Positions 22,725 through 36,734 of a DNA stretch of 64,000 nt are shown piece by piece. Source of the DNA: Antedon mediterranea (lineage: Eukaryota; Animalia; Echinodermata). The DNA lies in the NCBI RefSeq assembly GCF_964355755.1, contig NC_092675.1:31158912-31222911 (forward strand), read 5' to 3'. A program made the position numbers and the translations under genes. How positions within the stretch are numbered: the first letter of the stretch is position 1; every line of letters begins with the position of its first letter. The notes under the pieces were generated by a model, which was given only the letters and a program-made list of their open reading frames with translations, did not search any database and had not been told where the DNA came from.

Positions 22725-25700
22725 CCGGCAACAGACTTCAGAAAAGGGCTTTATAGGCCTACATAAGGGTTTTCTTTTCCAATTGAGAATTTTATACTAG
22801 AGTTGGATTTAATATGGTATCTATCCCTTGAGTTGACCTCCCGGTTGACCTGTTATAAAAACGTGCCTTAATTATTATTTATTGCATTTTTTAACGAAAT
22901 TTCAAATTCAGATTAAAAAGACATAGGCCTAGGCCTAATAAACGCCGAAATATCTGAAGACAAGGAGGAGAAAAAATACCAAACGCAAATTGCATGGTCA
23001 TTATGACGTAATTATATATGAATATATGAATTGAATGAACGTCACTGGAGTAGCGTTACACAGCAATTACTACAGTAGTGCACGGCTCATCAGCGAGCAG
23101 AACGTCAAACTTTAACGTTTCAATTGCCGCCCTCTAGAGGTTAATGGCACTCGTACGGTAGGCCTACCGTTTTTAAACTTCTAGTTCGAAATAATACACA
23201 CAATATACTTTTTTTTTAAATGTAATCAGAGGTTAAAGCATTAATTTCTATATATAGTAATAGTATAGTATAGTATAGTATAGTATAGAAAGCGGTATAT
23301 TAGGGGAAGCAGCCTATATATTACATCAAGAAAATTAGACTGGAATTCTGTTAATAGAGAGTACAAACATATTTCCACTCTGAAAACATTAATGTTATGG
23401 GTGTCGGATTCTTCATCATCATTTATCAACAATAAATATGCTAGTATTTGTGAAACCACCGCTCTATTTGAAATTAACAATTTTGATTTTGAAATAATAA
23501 TTGATTGATGTATTAATAGATGAACAAATTAAATATTTAACCTAAATATCTACGAAAAGGTGATTGGTTGCTGCTGCTTGGAGTTGTTTGTTCTGCCAAC
23601 GTGTATGCTAATGAAAAAACATTCTTGTTACCAACATATAATAAGGACCACACCTTTATCGCCAAATTGGTTTTCAATCATTTATCCTGGAATTGTGAGA
23701 ATTGTTGAAGGTACATAATTACATTCCTTGTAACTGTTGGATTTAGGTGTTTTTGTTGCGTTTCCCAACACACTTGAGTGTGAGACTATTTGCACACACA
23801 CAAACTGTTGGCTTCAGGTCGCGTTTCTAATTACCGTCTCTATGGCAACAAACTTCTCCAATTCCTAGGGTCATTGTAATTCATAAGTAGGCGAGATCGG
23901 GATTTGAATAATTTGGGCTATGTAATTAACGCCTGGTTTAATTTTTAAAATAATGCAAATACAGTGAGTAGATAAAGGTCGTATAAAGGCAATACAACAA
24001 TAGTTAACGGTTTCATTTATCGGTTTCAATGTGTGAGGATGCCCGAAACAACCTCTACCAGTCACGGTACACGTTCACGGTCTAAAAGTGAAGGACACGT
24101 CGGCCTGCGTTTCACCGACTGTGATTTAAACACTACGAAGATGGTGGTGCCTTATTCTACGGTGTGGTAACCAACGATGACAGTGGTTGATGTTACAATT
24201 ATTTTAACGTGTAAGTTTTTAATTGTTGATAAAGCTAGTTTACAAAGCTGTTTTTATTCATTGTACATTTCCTTTCATATCTTGTTCGTGTTGAACAATT
24301 GTTTGCTACTGTGTGGTGTAACATATGCTTACTTCCGCTATTATTGTCACAAGGCCTACTTTTATTTTTTAGTACTTTTTTAACAGAGGGGCCACCGATT
24401 AGTGGAGCATTCTGTGCATACGAGACCAACGTCCAAAAACCGAAAGTAGACACAAATCCGGGAATGGACTATCTAGACACTTAGGGAAAACAACATTACA
24501 ATGTGTGTGTAAACCTTTTATGTACCGCGTACCGTTGTAACATCACCATGCGGAACCTTGGGGATTACCCACTATTTCAAAATCCTGGATACGAACTTTA
24601 ATTTACATCGTCATGGTCATGGTGGTTTTATCGTACTTTTCCAACGATAGATTTTACTTCCTTTTTGTAAATACACCAACTCGTCAGCAAGTTTAGAAAA
24701 TAATTCGCAAGATTGCATTTATATTGAAAATAATTGAATAGTTTAGATTCGCATACAAGAAATCTAGGCCTAAACAGAGCTCGTAAAAGAAAAGAATACA
24801 CCCGTATTTTGGGATAGCGTAACCTTTAACCCCGTACCTACTGTATTCATCTTTATCATGTTTACGTAACGCCCACGTATTGACCTTTTCGTATGTTTAG
24901 ACCTGTACCCAAATTGTTGACCGTATGTACAGTGTATATTTAAATAGTGTTATGTATAAAGAAATGACTTGCATTTCTTTATCGTGCTATTTAAGGCAAA
25001 GGCCGCACCCGTTTATAACTCGATATGAAATACAATGTAGGCTAACAGACCGATATCGGTACCGATATTGTCAATTTATATTTACATGGTGTGACGACGA
25101 ACAGACCGAAATAGGTAGCAACAATAGTAAATTACATTTGTAGTTTGTACAGATACCAATATTTTCGATTTATATTTGGCCTACGCGGTGCCGGACGACG
25201 AATATCGATACAAGTAGACCGATGACAGACCGATATCGGTAGCAATACTACGTTTTGCATATATATTTTTTCCATTTGAACTAGCCTTAAGTTGTTGTAA
25301 CATCATCGGTACAAAGCATAATTATGACGTGGTAATGGGTGACTGGTTGTCGTGTTTTAAGTGTGAACTGTTGCAGGTGTCTTCATTCATCATGGGTGTT
25401 ACTTTCATCATTGCTTGCCGGTGCATTTTGTGTTGATTTAATCTTACTTTACCGCTCTTTTGAGACATAAGTTGAAATAATTAATGAAATATTGTACATT
25501 ACTCGAATATCTGGTAAAATTGCAATGACACCCTCTTAAATGTTAATGCACACTGTGACTAGCGCAATGACATATGAATCACCATAGTTTCGTTGCGCGT
25601 ACGTCCTTGCGTTGTGTCCTAGTGTAAACCAATCTTTACCGACCGACGGCCATGTATATCCTGTCCATGTTTTTCTATTGATCCAAAGTCCAATGTAATG

Positions 25701-26278
25701 TATGTTGGCATATCCTCATAAATGTTAAGTTACATGATGTAGTTCATAGAAACTTACAGAGCGTTATTAATGGCGGTTTCTGAGGTCGATGTTGGGTCAC
25801 GTTGCTCTCGGTACAAAGGTCATGATCATTAGATGTAGGCTGCTGACGCGGTTGATAACTATTACTTTAAATAGGCTATTTTGCAGTTTAATAATATGTA
25901 AATGTAATTTAATTTTAACCAAAAACCATTGTCTGACGGGCAATTTTAAAGTTTTTTTTTTTGCTTTAAATTACATTAAATAAGGTAAATAATGTTTGTG
26001 TCGATGAAGTTTTTGTGAAGTGAATAACTATTATGTGACATTAAAATGGCATATTTAAAAAAAAATTGTTTTAGGGGGTACATGATAGACGTCTATTCTA
26101 TACAAATGTGTATATCGTTTTACATGAACACATTGTGGTGACGTGACGTAATAATAGGCCAAATGTTATTAAAGAAATTATTATGCATAAATGTAAATAA
26201 TTTGGTGTAAAGGTAAGGGGGCGTAAGAAAGTTTTTCATGAATGAACCTCTTTCGTCACAGTTTAAAATGGTAAACTG

Positions 26279-26442
26279 TAAAGCTCTGTCTACACTATCA
26301 ATCTTTATGCGACAACAAATGTGATGCGTTCATATTATATACCAATGATGATATATCACTACCATATTAAGGCATAATACTACCATATTTGGTATCACAC
26401 ATTTTTTGTCAAAACTAGATTAATAGTGTAGACAGAGCTTTA
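26279..26442. mobile_element. MITE (TAAAGCTCTGTCTACAC family), copy 2
   Basis: TIRs taaagctctgtctacactat / atagtgtagacagagcttta. Confidence 0.8.
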
Positions 26443-28344
26443 GAAATCCGGTGTTGTCCTGGCCGCCGCCAAGCGTACGTGTACATCACTCAAATATCTT
26501 GTTTTGTATTTTCTATAGACGTTCTGTATGACTTTGGTCACGAGTAATGCCGGGCGTGTTTTCACTGTTAAAACATGGTTGCTTTTATCCATATTTGTTT
26601 AAGATCGTAGAGTTGTTTGCAAACCTGATCGACGCATTGTTCCTGAACTTCACGATCGACGCTGTTTAGTATACACTGTACTGTAGGTAATAGCTACAGA
26701 TTGTTCCAGAACAACCACCGTGGATATTGTCATTACCTAAACCTAACATAAAGGTAGATTATTTTATTTCTTTATCTATACAAACTATAAAATCAGCTCT
26801 TTCAGAACAGTCTGTAGAAGATGTACGTTTCTGTTTTGCAGTTAGAGACTACGTCCCCTGAACAGAGGCTGTGGGTGGTTGAACAGAGGCTATGGGTGGT
26901 TGAAGAGTCGAATCTCATCGGATCCATTTTTAAGACTGATACGCTTTTCAGTTCCAGTGACTACTACCGAATACAATTGCGTATTGCCATGTCAACCTTA
27001 TCTTCATAAGCCTTCATTTTGGATTCGTCACTGGGATGACGTATCTTGCTACTGATTTTGAGAATTCGTCCCAGAACAGATGTTTTGTTGCCAATGGTCA
27101 GCAGAACCCCCGGCAGAACCAATGGACATTGAAATAGGCAAGATGTTGGCATAGCTGAGTAGTATTGAATTCAGCCGTGCCTCCGTACTGCCAATTTCAT
27201 GTCTATATTTTCAACCGTTCACTTTTTTGCAGAATATCGCAGACTGACTCCAAAAACTTGTATTTCAAGTGTTTATTCGTTTGTATACGCTGTACGATAT
27301 TGCAATGAAAGGTCTGGTGTAGTAGCCAGATTGTTCCTAAACCTAAAAATGGGCCTAAACATAAAATCAGGACCATTTCTAAGCCTATTAATATTATAGT
27401 ATTCGGTGTGTATTTTAGTTAAACACTACAAATGGAATGTTTTGTCATGTGGATGACATCATCGTCAGGAGGGCAGCGTCTGATACGCAGAACCTTCAGA
27501 CTGCTTTATTACGTGTTCATATTCTCCTCCTGAATAGCTCATTATTAACAAATTAAGTATGAATTTTTAGTAATTTGACAACATTTTACGGTCGATAAGG
27601 TCACCATTTGAATCTAGTATATTGTTTCCAATAGTGAATACATCGCTATTGTGTATTAGTTCCTTCTTTCAAAAAATTATCCACGCCTTGTTGGACATAT
27701 TATATTATTGTTAGTTTCAAGATATTAAGTTTCCCGTATTTTCTTGCTTCATTCAATGGTATTCTTCGTCTAATTACATGACCCCCTTTCCTTTATAAGG
27801 TCGATCTGTATTTTATTGGACGGTATGCTTTGCAATATTTTTTATTTCCAGTATTTTATTCTTTTATATAATTTTAAACTTTCTGGATTAACGAACTTTT
27901 CAAACTGTTTATCCGTCACGATCTGGCCCACGTGATTGCTGGCATAATAGATGTAAGGCCTATAATATAATATTGATCGAGATCACCTCCCTGACTCTTG
28001 GTCTACAAACCCTGGGCCTTAGCATATCATTCTCTATGACCTTTAGCCTAGAGAAACTACCTCAAATAAGTAAACGTGGCAAAGAGATCGTGAAGAGTAG
28101 TAAACACTACTAAATACAAAATGTATTTACACACGGACACTTGTCAACAGTGTGCTGTCATATCATATCACCCCATGATAATATGATAAAAAATGACCCT
28201 CTTATAGTTACTAGTAGTTGATGTTGCGTAATCACCTACCCGCCGTACAACTTTTTTGTTCATACGCATCCAACAAGTAACTCATCAATATTACAGGATG
28301 GATTAACCAGGGAGTTGCAACTCCCTGGATTAACTATTTTATAA

Positions 28345-28466
28345 GTTATCATGATTATAAACGTCTCATTTGAGGCTTAGGGAGTGGAGTTACAATCCTG
28401 GAACTAGGCGACGATTGATCCCCGGACCTTGGGATTGCCAAGTAAGGATTTTAACCACCAAGCTAT
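28345..28466 (-). mobile_element. tRNA-derived SINE fragment
   Basis: Reverse complement tagcttggtggttaaaatcc..caaggtcc..tcaatc..ctccactccctaagcctcaaatgagac matches 59655-59765. Confidence 0.55.
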
Positions 28467-29417
28467 TTTTTATATTTTACAATTTTTGTTTTTATTATTA
28501 TCTTTCTCAATGAGAGGATGCACACACAGACAGTAAATCTAAAAACTCAACCACGATCAATATGGAAACCCTACGGAAACAATATTACAGTTTGGTTGTA
28601 CATGCAGCTTATTTTGGATTCCCACTTGGACGTAAGCGCACCGCAGGTAATTTGACCAATCACGACGTGATTGATCATCCGAACTATTGTAATTGGTCAA
28701 ATAACTTGCGGCGCTCACGTCATTGCGTTGCGTCGAAATGGGAAGCAAGCCTTCTGAGCAAGCTAAATTTGTTGCAATTATAATATAATAACTGAATTTG
28801 ATAACTATTGAATAAAACGTGCGTGTTCATTACTCGATTGAAAGCACTATTTTACATTATGGCGGTATTGACGCTGTAAACGTATTGGGCTATTAATATT
28901 AGCTTTGTAATTGCTCTTAGTAAACACATGGTTAGGGTCAACTTGATAATGTATGATTAGCCTCCCACTTCATCAACAACAACACTGATATGATAGCACT
29001 GTTTCTCGTGATGATGTTTGATGCTACAAATCACCATCTTGGACAACCGAGTTATTAAATTGCCATGGTAACCATCTTCTTCTGAGCGTATTGCAGCATA
29101 AACCAGTTGGGTTCATGTGCGCATCAATGTAATGATGTGCTGTTCTAGACGATGTGCATGCTGGGTGAGCTACCATTGCTACAACATTTCAGTGGGGTAC
29201 AGAAATAATACAGCATTTAGAGACTCACATCAGTGTGAATCCTACTCATAGTAGGCCTATAACACACTTGATTTGTCTTTGTCACTGAAACTTGATACGT
29301 ACCGTAGTAGTCGCATTTTTATAGAAATAACAATGACAAGATTTAGATTTCGATATATTTTAGATTTTAAGCAAATAAAATACTAGATTACACGCCAGGA
29401 AGAATGACATTCACCAT

Positions 29418-29510
29418 TCTATATGGTTATGGGTAGATGTAATTATCCTTGGTTCATTTTGTTCTATATGGTTATGGGTAGATGTAATTATCCTTGGTTC
29501 ATTTTGTTCT
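29418..29510. repeat. Exact two-copy tandem duplication (~44-45 bp)
   Basis: ttctatatggttatgggtagatgtaattatccttggttcattttg occurs twice. Confidence 0.8.
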
Positions 29511-30177
29511 GTTTCCCTTGCTTGACGTCATCTGTTTTTTGTGATATATTTCTGGTGTGGTTTATTTTAAAAATGATGTATTTGTATGTTTTCTGTACCA
29601 TTTTAAAATGTATTTTATGTATGGACAGAATAAATTCAATCAATCAATCAGATATTTCAATAAAATGTTAATAATTGACAACTTTGTAAGAAACGAGTTC
29701 TACCGTCAAATAGACTTTGAACCGAAGCATTATGAACGTCAACATCCCGTCGTTCCTTAAACAAACAAACTGATTAATTTCGTTCGATAATATACAATAT
29801 ATTAATACAAAATCAGCTACATATAAAACACGTGGAAATGAATATGCCGCGCTTGTAAGATAAGACAAAATATATAAATTATTAAACAGCACATTTTAGT
29901 AACACTATTATATTGCCTTTATTTATCCACGCCATGTTTTAATACAATTATTTCGCTCATCTCGACTTTTTGAAATAGTTCCTGATTAAATTTGAAACAT
30001 AGTGTGAACAGACACTAACAAAAACGACGGAGTGGGGGTTAGTAAGGGGGAGGGTTTTGGGAGGAGGTGGGTTTTAGGGGTTAGTGGCAACAAAAAAAAG
30101 AACGTTTAACCGTAGATGTAAATAACACTATGGTTTAACTTACCTCTCTCTGACTCAAATTAGAATTTAGCTACGAT

Positions 30178-31570
30178 TTGTTGTATAGTCTGAAATGATA
30201 ACTGGGTTGTTGTATATAGTCTGAAATGATAACTGGGTACTGTAGTTGTATTCTGAAATGATAACTGGGTTGTTGTATATAGTCTGAAATGATAACTGGG
30301 TTGTTGTATATAGTCTGAAATGATAACTGGGTACTGTAGTTGTATTCTGAAATGATAACTGGGTTGTTGTATATAGTCTGAAATGATAACTGGGTTGTTG
30401 TATATAGTCTGAAATGATAACTGGGTTGTTGTATATAGTCTGAAATGATAACTGGGTTGTTGTATATAGTCTGAAATGATAACTGGGTTGTTGTATATAG
30501 TCTGAAATGATAACTGGGTTGTTGTATATAGTCTGAAATGATAACTGGGTAGTTGTATTCTGAAATGATAACTAGGTAGTTGTATATAGTCTGAAATGAT
30601 AACTGGGTTGTTGTATATAGTCTGAAATGATAACTGGGTAGTTGTATTCTGAAATGATAACTGGGTTGTTGTATATAGTCTGAAATGATAACTGGGTAGT
30701 TGTATTCTGAAATGATAACTGGGTAGTTGTATCTGAAATGATAACTGGGTAGTTGTATTCTGAAATGATAACTGGGTTGTTGTATATAGTCTGAAATGAT
30801 AACTGGGTAGTTGTATTCTGAAATGATAACTGGGTAGTTGTATTCTGAAATGATAACTGGGTAGTTGTATTCTGAAATGATAACTGGGTTGTTGTATATA
30901 GTTTGAAATGATAACTGGGTAGTTGTATTCTGAAATGATAACTGGGTTGTTGTATATAGTCTGAAATGATAACTGGGTAGTTGTAGTCTGAAATGATAAC
31001 TGGGTAGTTGTAGTCTGAAATGATAACTGGGTTGTTGTATATAGTCTGAAATGATAACTGGGTAGTTGTATTCTGAAATGATAACTGGGTAGTTGTATTC
31101 TGAAATGATAACTGGGTTGTTGTATATAGTCTGAAATGATAACTGGGTAGTTGTATTCTGAAATGATAACTGGGTAGTTGTATTCTGAAATGATAACTGG
31201 GTTGTTGTATATAGTCTGAAATGATAACTGGGTTGTTGTATATAGTCTGAAATGATAACTGGGTTGTTGTATTCTGAAATGATAACTGGGTAGTTGTATT
31301 CTGAAATGATAACTGGGTAGTTGTATTCTGAAATGATAACTGGGTAGTTGTATATAGTCTGAAATGATAACTGGGTTGTTGTATATAGTCTGAAATTATA
31401 ACTGGGTTGTTGTATATAGTCTGAAATGAAAGCTGGGTTGTTGTATTCTGAAATGATAACTGGGTTGTTGTATATAGTCTGAAATGATAACTGGGTTGTT
31501 GTATTCTGAAATGATAACTGGGTTGTTGTATATAGTCTGAAATGATAACTGGGTTGTTGTATTCTGAAAT
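30178..31570. repeat. Minisatellite of mixed 27- and 31-bp units (tctgaaatgataactgggt[t/a]gttgtat[atag])
   Basis: Roughly 45-50 units; the long overlapping ORFs in the track are artefacts of the repeat. Confidence 0.95.
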
Positions 31571-33127
31571 AAATATTGATTTGGAATAAATACAATATGT
31601 GTATACATTCATGTTTAATGTTTGCTTATATTTATTGTTTGTTAATCTACTTTTATTAGGTATTGCATTAAACATAATTTAACTGTGATTGACAGCCTGA
31701 GTATTTATCATCGTTAGTTTAATCAGGGAATGGTGAAAAGCTTTATATATAATATTAAGATAATAAACTAATTTTGGTTACATAATTTATATATTTATCA
31801 GGTACAGTATATAGCACGAACACAACAAACGCCCTCTTATTTGTAAACTTGAACGACCCATTTGTAAGAATGTGTTTAGTATTTTTTTCTGGTACACCTG
31901 TGTACTAATATGCAAATTCAAATTTATTCACGTATGGCAAACCAACAATGTATAGAGGATAGTTTGCAAATAAACAGAATGATTATCTGGACTGTATTAC
32001 CTGTTGAGATGTGTACAACCTACAAATTAATATATGAGGCAATACGTAGACTAATTCCATCATCGACCGACAAGATATGAACAATTGCTTGAGGAAAGAT
32101 AGTTTAATAAATTCTGAGATTTTCTCGGCTATTTATTAAACTACGCTACCTCACTATGTAAACCTTTAAACAATTCCAGTTTTCTCTTTTTATTTATCAT
32201 TCGTAGTGACCCGTTTCAACTGTCACTATTATGTTAATTTAATGGTGTCTTGTTGTAATCAATAATACATAACCAACGTTAATATTTTCATTGTAATATG
32301 AACTGTATTGCATTGTATAGATACTGAAGCCACGTGGTCGATATGAAAGGTGTATGGCGATGATGACGTTGACGCGGATGTTTCATTATGATATTTTTGT
32401 ATGCTAAATTGGTGTTACGCATTTACCTCCAAATGACAAATGTGTATGAATAATATCGTTTTTAAGCAAAATTAATTATCAATTTTGATAAAACAAGAAT
32501 TGAAAGTATAATGAAAGGGATTAATAAATTGTGTTATTGACTGTTAATGTTAACATTGTTTGATATTCATTGGGTATATTTCGCATATTTGGACAATAAA
32601 GAAAAAATGAAACTGATGCTGAACTGAATAATAGTCTACCATAACTGGCGATGTTTTGCCGCAAATAACTATTTGAAAAACTCATAGCTAGATATAAGAA
32701 AGAAATCCGAAGTCTTATCATTATTATTCTCTTTATGGAAAAACTTGATTTTTTAAACGATGAGGGTGCATTAGTAGAATACCTGTGGCATAAAAATAAA
32801 TATGGCAACGGCGCATGGGCCATGGAGTAGGCCTACCTCCATGCTGCGCATAAATCAACGCTTTCGATTCGCGCAAAATAAGAAACAGGCTTTATAATGA
32901 ACTGCTATATAATTACTTAGGAAGCTTAGGAAGTTGTACAGTTAAAAACAAAACATGTCGACATTGATATAAATTCCAATAACTCATCATGGTATGTCGA
33001 CATCGCATTCTCCCTACCTACCTAAATTTGTTGTCTCTTTGTACATTATGTATAAATACTATTATCGTATCGTAGGATAGATATGTAATTTAGTTATAAT
33101 AAATGTGTTTTCTTTCTGACAAGTGAC

Positions 33128-36100
33128 TCACAAATTCATTTCACATGGAAATGACATTGTTACACTTTTTGTATGACTGTAAATAATACATGTAAAGAGG
33201 GCGCCATTTACAGTGGAAACTTCATACACTCCATGGGCTAATTCAACTCGCGCGTAGCAAAATACTGATGCATCGGTCAGTTGTGACCATTGCGGATTTA
33301 GTGCTTGACCATTCAACCTGAGATTAAATATGTCGACACATTTGGTCACAATATTTATGTACGTGTGGTAGATTCTAGGACTGCCTGTTACCATGGTTAC
33401 ATTGTAAGTCATAAACTTTACTTTAGAGACGGTCTGTGAACTTGCTGGGATCAATGTCATAGATGGGTTCGAATAGCCAGTGCAGCCACTACACGTCAAC
33501 GTGTTGTATACCGAATACTGCACGACTTGAACTGGTTGATTCGAAATTACTTGTAGTGCGTGTTTATTATTTCCACCCAGGTAAAGATCATGAAATTGAC
33601 CTCTATCAATGTAAATGATCTCGCCACCAACACTCACAAATGTCCGGTCTGTACTCGAGATTATTCTCGCCGTAGTTTGACTTTTCATATAACCATCAAA
33701 AGCAACAAGAGCAAAATTCGAACCCCATGAACTTGCAGGAATCAACTGTTCCACCATATGGTCACAGCTATTCCTGTTGCTAAGGACGCCTATTCCTGTG
33801 CCATACTTGTAAAAGACGCCGCCACAGTCTGAACCTGAGAATACAGCGATACGATGATCACCTCTGATGTAGGTTCCTGTAAGGTCCATTATACTTTCGA
33901 GTTGAACTGCTTCAAGTCTGTCCATATACAGTTCTATAATATCACCACTGTTAAACGTTTTACCTTCATAAGTTACCTGCTGTGTTGTCGATACAGCAAC
34001 TTTAGTTGCGTCACGTGTTGCTACGATTACAACAGTTGAGAATTGACTGAGCGTGCGCCGTTGAAGGGTGACACCTGTAACTACGTAATATTCTCGGCCT
34101 AGTTTTTCTACTGGTAATGCAAGAAAACCATCCGAACTAAGAAACTGAACATCATTTATCCCATATACGGTAAGTTGTTGAGAACTTTTTATATAGATGG
34201 CGCTGTTGATAGGCCGTGAACCAAATTCAATTGTATCTGGTGGAAGTTCAACTAGTCGTGCTTCACCAGGCGCCAATTGTATATTGTTATTTTCATAGAA
34301 CATACCAGGACTACTAATGTTAACAACATTTGGGTTATTTCCGTTGAGTAAGTGAATCTTTGGACCTTCTGTATCTAGATATGATGGACCGTTTTGAATG
34401 AATCCTATGAAGTATTCGGACCCTTCAGTTGTATCGGCAATCTCGATAATTGAATCTATACGAGAAAATATTGTATTTTGTCATTACTTCAATAAAATAA
34501 ATATATCACATTAAGTATAGATCACAATCTATAAATTTCGTGGAATAAGATAGACATATGCATGGCCTAATTTTGGTTCCTGAAAGCCTTATCTATGAGG
34601 TACAATGCTATTAATTAATACAATTGAATTTATATAATGTAGGCCTATGATATTGTTTGTTTGTTTATTAAATTCTAAATAAGTTCACACGTTTACTGAC
34701 CACTTTGTTTAATTTCTGCTGGTTTAACAGATGAAGTTCCTTCAGCAACTGATAATACAAAAGTCGATGACGTACTAAACCCATAGAGAAGGACTGACGC
34801 AGTGATTAAGGAGGAAGGCGTCCACACACGATAGTCACCTTTGGGGAGATGCGTTCTAGCGACACAATAGTTCCCGTCATTTCGGCTCATCCATGTCAAC
34901 CTTGAAGTCAGTGGTCCTTGAAGGATAACGTGGTTTTTATGTTTGCATTTTGTTACCACTGTAGCAAAATTAGTAAAATTTGTTATGTAACTCCCAAAAT
35001 GTAGTTCATCAAACGTTGAAAAAGACAGAGAATCTGAAAACAAACTTGTAGGTGGAATGAGCGCCATTGATGGCGATGACTTGCCAGAACACTCATCGCA
35101 TAACAATGGCATTGACATCGTGAATTGCGCAACAAGGATCGGTTTTGATGAGCTAATCACAATCCCAGTTTTATCGAACATGAGTGAATCAGAAAACTCT
35201 GCTCTGTTTAGTATCATATCACGGGCACCAGAGCGCTGGACAACTGTATTGTCCTTAGCAGCAAGAATCCTTATTGTACTGATACCACTTTCATACCCTA
35301 AAAATGGCGCCATAACAAATGTTTGTCCCCAGCTTCTTAGAGGTGGAATCATACTTGCCATATGTCCACATTCAAAGCTTGAATCCGCATCAGCATCACT
35401 AAATCCGCAATCATTTCCAGCAGTAATAGCCACCGGGAAGGTGCTTCTAACAACAGATCCCGTCAGGTCACCGTTACTCTTAAATTGCAATGCGTCAAGT
35501 TGTGACATGATAAAGCTCGCTTCTTGTCCACGTTTATAGGAATTTGTTTGAAAGTCAACGTCGGCAGAAAAGGTTATGGTAACATGTGTTTTATCTTGAA
35601 CTGCAGTTACGACGAACTCTGAGTGTCGACCAGGTTGTGACAATGTTGAAGAGGTTATGATCAAGTAACTTTGTCCAAGTCGATGCACAGGCAGAACCAT
35701 AAACCCATCTATACTCATCGGGTGATTGTCAGAAAACGCATGGATAGAGATATCGTAACTTGATTCAATATAAAGTGCGACACTCTGGTTGTCGGAATTG
35801 CGAGCAATATAGTTTTCTGGAAGTCTGATAACTTTAAATGAGTTAGCAAGAACGCTAAAGCGTTCACTCACGACGTTATCTGCTGATGATATGCGTATTG
35901 CCGTTGTAATAGCGTTTCCACTCATAATCCGTATGCTAGGCCCTTTGCCTTTCCTAATATTCTCAGGAAAAGTAAAAACAAAAGCTGTCCCTTTAGAAAC
36001 CAACATCTCGGGTTTCCAGTTTGTTTCTAGAAAAAAAAAAGAAAATGTTCAATCAAGTTCATAAATGCTCTCGCAAAATGGCACTCTCTCATAGATGATC

Positions 36101-36703
36101 AGATGAGATGTCCTGGAATATGGGGCGCCATAAGCAGCAAAAATGTACTGTATGTGTGTATAAAATGCATATTTAAAATGCATGTGTGTGTGTGTGTATA
36201 ATTGCAATACATTTCAAACGTTTGGCGCCTGATTAATACATTACCTTTGGTGTCACATAAGACTCCTTTCCATCCACCAGAACACATACAAATAAAGCTG
36301 TTAACATGATCCACGCATTCACCGTTATGCTTACACGGATTAGGCTGACATTCATTAATATCTGTAAGCAAAGATAGAAGGTAGCCTGAATAATTGAACA
36401 CTGCGAATAATAAATGTGTTCTTTGGAAATATATATATAAACTTTATTTAGACACGAGACTGATGTGCAGTACAACTCGTTCAATCAATATTGATTGTTT
36501 TTACACAAGTTCGTGATACTGTATTACAAAAAAAAATCAACACCATATAAATACGACAGAAACGAAAAAATTGAAATTGAAAAGAAACAAAATTACAGCA
36601 GAATCCCCTTCATCTGACACCTCTATTTAGGGTACACCATATCGGTACTTCTCGTGTAAATGGAAACCCTTATCGAAGTGTATAATTTATGGGGATTCTA
36701 CTG

Positions 36704-36734
<31 letters not shown>

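Noticed and set aside
22729-29400. Short ORFs in the intergenic region
   Set aside because: No recognisable domains or phase-consistent exon chain; likely non-coding DNA with decayed repeats.
30171-31675. Long ORFs of 474 and 367 aa
   Set aside because: They arise from a minisatellite that is stop-poor on the minus strand, with peptides cycling among frames.
35057-35539. 160-aa plus-strand ORF
   Set aside because: Antisense shadow of an FCGBP-like coding exon.
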